From an uncultured Thermoplasmata archaeon (lineage in GTDB: Archaea; Thermoplasmatota; Thermoplasmata; RBG-16-68-12), in the NCBI GenBank assembly GCA_963768855.1, contig CAVYJM010000006.1:32001-96000 (forward strand): a stretch of 64,000 bases of DNA, read 5' to 3'. This document shows positions 58,855-64,000 of this stretch, in pieces. The first letter of the stretch is position 1, and each line of letters starts with the position of its first letter. Below the pieces are notes generated by a model. That model searched no databases and was not told where the DNA came from. It saw nothing but the letters and a program-made list of their open reading frames with translations. Both the position numbers and the translations under genes were made by a program.

Positions 58855-59658
58855 CTATTCGCTGGATGTGCTTCCGGTGGACTTGCCCGTGGCGCCGCGC
58901 TGCCGTTCGAACAGTTTCACCGCGAGAATCGAGAGTTCATAGAGTAGCAGCGTCGGGATGGCCAGGGCGACCATGCTCGGGACGTCCGGTGGAGCGAGAA
59001 CCGCTGCAACCACAAAAATAAGAACGATGGCGTATCGCCACTGCTCGCGCAGCCACTGCGAGGTCACCATTCCCGCGCGCGCAAGCAAGGTGAGCAGCAC
59101 CGGCAGTTGAAAGCAAAGGCCGAACGCCAGAATGAAAGTCATGGTGAGATGCAGATAATTGCCGACGTCGGGGAGTGCCTCGATCTCTATATCGCCGGTC
59201 TGCTGCATGGATAGGAAGAACCGCACGGCAAGCGGCATGACAACAAAGAACACGATCGCGCCGCCGAGCAAGAAGAGTACAGGCGAGGCAATCAAAAAGG
59301 GCAGAAAAGCCTTGCGCTCGTTCCGGTAAAGGCCAGGGGCCACGAACATGTAAATCTGGGAGGCGAGCACTGGGAAGGAGAGCGCGATCGCCCCAAAAAA
59401 GGCCACGCGCACATCGGTGACAAACTTTCCCTCCAGGGCTGTGTAGATCAGCTTTATGTGGGGGTTCTCGCCCCCTACGGCGAGCTTGTAGGGGATCAGC
59501 AGAAAATTATAAATGTGGTTGGAGAAGATGTAGCAAAAGACAAAGCCGATGCAGATCGCCGCGACGCTATAGATAAGCCTCCGCCGGAGCTCGATCAAAT
59601 GCTCAAGCAGCGGCGCCTTCGTCTGGTCGATTTCTTCTTCGGGATTTGCCACAGCCAT
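58855..59658 (-). CDS. tatC: Twin-arginine translocase subunit C
   Basis: PLLEHLIELRRRL, FVAPGLYRNERK, FGLCFQLPV, PPDVPS. Confidence 0.97.
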   Translation of the reverse strand: MAVANPEEEIDQTKAPLLEHLIELRRRLIYSVAAICIGFVFCYIFSNHIYNFLLIPYKLAVGGENPHIKLIYTALEGKFVTDVRVAFFGAIALSFPVLASQIYMFVAPGLYRNERKAFLPFLIASPVLFLLGGAIVFFVVMPLAVRFFLSMQQTGDIEIEALPDVGNYLHLTMTFILAFGLCFQLPVLLTLLARAGMVTSQWLREQWRYAIVLIFVVAAVLAPPDVPSMVALAIPTLLLYELSILAVKLFERQRGATGKSTGSTSSE

Positions 59659-59666
59659 GTCTTAGC

Positions 59667-60155
59667 TCAGGCTACTGGTGCAGCATGTTCTGTTGAGGGC
59701 CCGGCCACCGCTCCCTGCCCGGCCGAAGCAGCTATTTCTCCCGCCTTATCGCTCAGCGGGTCGAGTTCAACTGCTGCCACCGTGGCCCCTCCCAATTCCG
59801 CCGCCGGCGTGACACTAGCCTGTGCCTGCGTAACACCCGCGAACGATGGCGGCACGGAAGCTTGCGTACCCGCGGGCTGCGGCTTCGGCGCGTAGCTCTG
59901 ATTGATTGCACTATCGATGGTGGCGCGGAGCTGCGACGAAGGATTCAAAGACCGTAAGTCGTTGATATTCTTGTGCAGATCATCATAGCCTGCCTCGCGC
60001 ATCGAATCCTCGAAATGGCGGCGGAATTCATCGGCGGAGCGCCGCAGCTTGGCAGTCACCTGGCCTAGCTTATGGAGAACGGCGGGCAGTTCCTTAGGGC
60101 CGATGAAAATCAGCGCAACGACTGCTATCAGCAGAATCTCGGACCACGAGAACAT
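59667..60155 (-). CDS. tatB: Twin-arginine translocase subunit B
   Basis: MFSWSEILLIAVVALIFIGPKELP...LRRSADEFR. Confidence 0.95.
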   Translation of the reverse strand: MFSWSEILLIAVVALIFIGPKELPAVLHKLGQVTAKLRRSADEFRRHFEDSMREAGYDDLHKNINDLRSLNPSSQLRATIDSAINQSYAPKPQPAGTQASVPPSFAGVTQAQASVTPAAELGGATVAAVELDPLSDKAGEIAASAGQGAVAGPSTEHAAPVA

Positions 60156-60206
60156 TCTAAGACCGCTGCCTCATGTGAGCCCGGCGCGCAACGCACCGCG
60201 AGCTTC

Positions 60207-60476
60207 TCAAACTCTTGTTCCAGATTCCGTGTTCGCGGGCGTACCGGCCTCGGTCTTTGCCTGTTGATTGTCGAGCGGCTTTGGTGCCGTTTGGGCAGTC
60301 GAAGCCGGGACCTCGTCCTCGGCCATCCCCTTCTTGAAGGCCTTGACGCCCTTTGCCACGTCTCCCATCAGGTCCGAAACCTTGCCCTTGCCAAACAGGA
60401 GAATAATCACCAGCAAGATCAGCCCCATTTGCCAGGGGTTACCAAGCATCATCAGGTTTTGGGGCATCGTATCCAT
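60207..60476 (-). CDS. tatA: Twin-arginine translocase subunit A
   Basis: [37 protein letters not shown]; GGAG RBS before ATG 60476. Confidence 0.95.
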   Translation of the reverse strand: MDTMPQNLMMLGNPWQMGLILLVIILLFGKGKVSDLMGDVAKGVKAFKKGMAEDEVPASTAQTAPKPLDNQQAKTEAGTPANTESGTRV

Positions 60477-60644
60477 GTTTACTCCATCCGACTCGCGCTG
60501 CCGGCGGGCAGGCACGCTCATCCATCCCGGTTGCTCAGAACGTGGCCGCACGCGCGTGGCATGTCAAGCACGCCGAAGTCTATAGAGCAAACCAAGCCAG
60601 ATTTTGATCGATATTCAGAGGAATGCTTAACCGCGGCGGACGCG

Positions 60645-61475
60645 TTAACCGGCGGAAGCGGCACGCAACGGCGGGTCCGCCTCCTCTGCTTCCTCTGCTT
60701 CCTCTGCCTCTTCCGGCTCTTCGGATGCCAGCGGCTCTTCCTCCTCAGGCGCCTGCTCCCCCGAAGGGTCCTCGTCTTCTAGCGGCACCTCGTCCTCTCT
60801 CAAGATCACGGTATCGTCCGGCTCGGGAACGGCGAAACCTGGCGGCAGGTTGCTATCGAGAAGGCCGGCGCCCTTAAGCTCAGCAAGGCCGGGCAGGTCG
60901 CGGATGGAATCGAAGCCGAAATGTTCGAGGAACGCCTCGGTAGTGCCGTAGGTGACGGGCCTGCCTGGCGCCCGCCTGCGTCCGCGCAAACGCACCCAGC
61001 CGATTTCCAGAAGCACGTCGAGCGAGCCCTTGGAGGTGCTGACGCCGCGGATTTCCTCGATCTCCGCGCGCGTGACGGGCTGGTGATAGCCGATGATCGC
61101 CAGAGTTTCGAGCGCGGCCTTGGAAAGCTTCCGCTGCTCGACGGAATAGTGCTCCAGCAGGAACGACAAATCCTCGGCGGTGCGGAATGCCCACTTGCCC
61201 GCGACGTGGACTAGATTGACGCCGCGGCCTGAATAGAGGCTCTGCAGTTCGTCCAGAAGCAGCTTGACATCGTCCTTGGCGCCAAGATGCTTGGCGAGCG
61301 AAGCCTCATCGAGTGGCTCGGCCGCCGCAAAAAGCAGCGCTTCCAGGATGCGCAGTTTCTCGCGCCGGTCCGCCGACGGTAGCCGCGCGATGTTGGAAGG
61401 AAGCTGCAGCGGCAGGATGGGCGCGCGCCCGCTGCCACTTCCGCCGCCCGGTTTGTTGCCGTCCTTGCTTGCCAT
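60645..61475 (-). CDS. scpB: SMC-Scp complex subunit B
   Basis: ILEALLFAA.EPL, LSKAALETLAIIGYHQPVTRAEIEEIRGV, GRRRAPGRPVTYGTT..FL.HFG; acidic tail. Confidence 0.96.
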   Translation of the reverse strand: MASKDGNKPGGGSGSGRAPILPLQLPSNIARLPSADRREKLRILEALLFAAAEPLDEASLAKHLGAKDDVKLLLDELQSLYSGRGVNLVHVAGKWAFRTAEDLSFLLEHYSVEQRKLSKAALETLAIIGYHQPVTRAEIEEIRGVSTSKGSLDVLLEIGWVRLRGRRRAPGRPVTYGTTEAFLEHFGFDSIRDLPGLAELKGAGLLDSNLPPGFAVPEPDDTVILREDEVPLEDEDPSGEQAPEEEEPLASEEPEEAEEAEEAEEADPPLRAASAG

Positions 61476-61896
61476 GGCAAACCTTCCGATATCCCCAACT
61501 TTATCAAAGGATAATTCGCCTGATTTGCGCAGGTTGCGCAAGGGGCCGTTTTGGCCGTTGGCTGGCCGGGAACGCCCCTGGGAACAGGCTTAATTTAGCG
61601 CCAGAAGTGGTACAACCAAGCTTAGATATTGGTAGTTCTTCCACAGTGCTTGAGGCCGCATTCCATTGTTCTGTGATCGAGTTTGAGGCACTTGGGTGAA
61701 CAAATCCCTAACATTGATGCATGTATACCACTAGCGCGAGAAACTGTTCCGACGTTTCTCTGTAGGGTTGCGCGACGCTCGCGACTTTATTAGTGGTTGC
61801 GCCGTCTCTACTGTAAGCAACAGGCAAAATAAGGGTCCCTCGCCGCTCCGGGAACACCGGCAGCGAACGGTGACGTTTTTCCGAAAGACGGACAAC

Positions 61897-62882
61897 ATGC
61901 GCACCACACTCAAGTTCGCAGCGTTAGTTCTGTTGGCGAGTAGCGTAACGGCCGCGGCGGATGGCACTGGCGGCATGAAGGACCAGGCCGCCGCCACGGC
62001 AGTAAGCCCCAATTGGGACATCGCCTTTGGCGGCTACACCGCCTCGGATTACATTTTCCGCGGCATCACCCAGTCGGCGCATTGGCCGACGGTCTCCGGC
62101 TACTCCGAGCTGCGCTACAATCCGCTTAAGGATGTGCAGCTTTATGCGGGCTCTTCGACGGAAAGCATCGACTACCCGAATCGTGCGGCGGCCGAGGTCG
62201 ATTTCTACGGCGGCGTCCGGCCCACCTTCGACAAGCTCGCCCTGGATTTCGGCTTTTGGTACTATTGGTATCCCGGCGGGCGCCTGTTTAATGGGCTCGG
62301 GCCGGATGGTCCCAATCCAAATTGCACAAACGGGTTCAAGCCGTTTCAAACGAGCGCCTGCAACGTCTACGAAGCCGACCTGAGCTTCTGGGAGGTTTAC
62401 GGCAAGGCCACATACACCGTGAACGATACGGTGACGCTCGGCGCCAACGCCTATTACTCGCCGTCATGGCTCAGTGAAGGCGCGGACGGCCTGTGGGCGG
62501 CCGGCTCGGTGAAGCTCACAGCGCCTTCGGGCTGGATTCAACGGTGGTTCCTAAAGGAACGGGCGCATTTTTCCTGGGTGACGTAGGACACTACTGGTTC
62601 GGCCAGACCAACGCATTTTACGGCAATATCGATCTGCCCGATTACACCGGGTGGGATCTGGGCGTCACCTTCACCTACAAGGTGTTCAGCCTCGACTTCC
62701 GCTATTACGACACCGATCTCTCCAAAGCGGACTGCAACGTGCTGACCTCGGATCACACCGCGACGTTCAGCTCTGGCAACATCACGTCCACCAATCCGAG
62801 CGGGCTAGGCTCGAACTGGTGCGGCGCCGCTTTTGTGGTGAAGGCATCGTTCGACTTAACGGCCGAAACCAATTTGAAGTAG
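61897..62882 (+). CDS. TorF/TIGR02001-type putative outer-membrane porin, frameshift near 62530
   Basis: Signal peptide, ASDYIFRGITQS, EVDFYGGVRP, DYTGWDLGVT, SLDFRYYDTDL; beta-barrel pattern. Confidence 0.8.
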
Positions 62883-62924
62883 CAGCAGTTTGCACGCCGG
62901 CGCGGCATCGTCTGAGGCGGGCGA

Positions 62925-63605
62925 TCAACGGGTCTGCGATCGCTCGATGACCGCCCGGTATGCCTCCCGGGCTCTATTATAGCGCCCAGCCAGCTGTGCT
63001 TTCACACCATCGGGCGCTCGCTCTGGACGCCCGCAATCGAACGGCGGAGCCGGGTCGTACTCAATGCTGAGCTGGATCGCCTGGGCTACCGCCTCACCTG
63101 CTATGTCCGCCACGATGCCGAGGCCGAAGTCGATACCCGAGGTGACGCCGCCGGCGGTGGTGACGTTGCCGTCTGTGACCACGCGAGCTTTCTCGTAAGT
63201 TGCGCCCACAAGGGGAAGCAGATCGGTGTAGGCCCAATGGGTTGTCGCGCGGCGGCCCTTCAACACGCCGGCCGCACCTAGCACGAACGCCCCTGTGCAA
63301 ACCGACGTCACATACCTCGCCCCGCCAGCTTGGCGGCGCACAAAGTCAATCGTATCCATATCGGCGATGGCGCCAACAATACCGCTGCCGCCGGGAACGC
63401 AGATTAAATCCAGAGGCGGACAGGTTGCAAAGCTATGAGTTGGCAAAAGGCTTAGACCGCAGTCGCTCGGCACGGGGGCATCCGATTTGGCGACGACGTG
63501 TGTTGCGACTGACTGAGGCAACTGCGCCAAGACCTGCAACGGTCCCGTAAAGTCGAGTTGCGTCAACTCCGGGAAAATAACGAAGCCGATATTGAAGAGG
63601 GACAT
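62925..63605 (-). CDS. DJ-1/PfpI family protein (isonitrile hydratase-like)
   Basis: FPELTQLDFTGP, LICVPGG, TSVCTGAFVLG (nucleophile Cys), ATTHW, TAGGVTSGID, QLSIEYDPAPPF. Confidence 0.92.
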   Translation of the reverse strand: MSLFNIGFVIFPELTQLDFTGPLQVLAQLPQSVATHVVAKSDAPVPSDCGLSLLPTHSFATCPPLDLICVPGGSGIVGAIADMDTIDFVRRQAGGARYVTSVCTGAFVLGAAGVLKGRRATTHWAYTDLLPLVGATYEKARVVTDGNVTTAGGVTSGIDFGLGIVADIAGEAVAQAIQLSIEYDPAPPFDCGRPERAPDGVKAQLAGRYNRAREAYRAVIERSQTR

Positions 63606-63648
63606 GGCTGGCTTCCGTGGGGTTTGCCGTTAGCTGCCTGCGTGACCG

Positions 63649-64000
63649 CTAAGCCGCACTTTCTTCACGCCCGCGGTTCATCCATTTAAGGTAGAGCGGG
63701 CCGAAGGGGGTGTACTGCTTGATTTCGAGATATCCCTCGCGCGCGAGTTCCAGCGTGGCGCCGAAGCTTGAGGCCGTCACGGTCTTGCCGAGCAAGGACT
63801 GGGGGCTGTATTCCTCAAGGAACTTGTCGAGCGCGGCCCAATCGGGCTCGCCGCCAAGCAGCGACGACAGGCGCTCGCGTGCCATCTTGATGGACCAGAC
63901 CTCGCGCCCGCCCCATTTCACCTCGGTGACGGCGTTGCGCTGGCGCTGGTGGGCATAAGCCTTCAACAGATCGAAAATGCTGGCGGAATAGATGTTCGAG
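63649..64000 (-). CDS. scpA: Segregation and condensation protein A, 3' part (truncated by the window edge)
   Basis: SIFDLLKAYA.QR, WSIKMARERL, TASSFGATLELAREG.LEIKQ..PFGPLYL. Confidence 0.92.
   Translation of the reverse strand, partial: SNIYSASIFDLLKAYAHQRQRNAVTEVKWGGREVWSIKMARERLSSLLGGEPDWAALDKFLEEYSPQSLLGKTVTASSFGATLELAREGYLEIKQYTPFGPLYLKWMNRGREESAA

Noticed and set aside
60680-60725. 9-bp tandem repeats (ttcctctgc) in scpB as a contingency locus
   Set aside because: They are in-frame and simply encode the acidic EEA tail; length change would not switch phase.

Overview
64-kb GC-rich chromosomal window from an alphaproteobacterium. Gene content and synteny (degP-RR-HK-glnE, lrp/trxB-LysR, scpB-tatABC, TPR-ispE) point to Hyphomicrobiales, possibly Rhodomicrobium-like; the taxon is an inference. 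Contents: (1) a complete chemosensory operon, STAS-cheY-cheA-cheW-MCP-cheR-cheD-cheB, whose receptor carries an Aer2-type haem-PAS domain, plus two more cytoplasmic receptors; (2) housekeeping genes metC, gltA, glnE, degP, ispE, mutAB, carB, greA, trxB, cobB, cbiD, rpmF, carD, tatABC, scpAB; (3) eight toxin-antitoxin loci (three MNT-HEPN pairs, BrnT-HTH, RelE-HigA, and orphan HicB, ParD and ParE) with no integrase or transposase nearby; (4) two families of palindromic REP-like repeats, one copy inserted in frame inside cobB. About 20 single-base indels break genes that should be intact (carB, trxB, gltA, glnE), so most frameshifts are probably sequencing or assembly errors. Best novelty candidates: a ~137-bp AT-rich non-coding element found in three dispersed intergenic copies (19203-19339, 34514-34650, 55054-55189) that no gene or REP annotation explains; an uncharacterised His-motif protein + DUF6745-like gene pair; a covarying hairpin cassette inside the REP family; a His/Cys tail on the methylmalonyl-CoA mutase small subunit; and a catalytically dead SNase-fold protein. 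No rRNA, intact tRNA, CRISPR array or transposase was seen.
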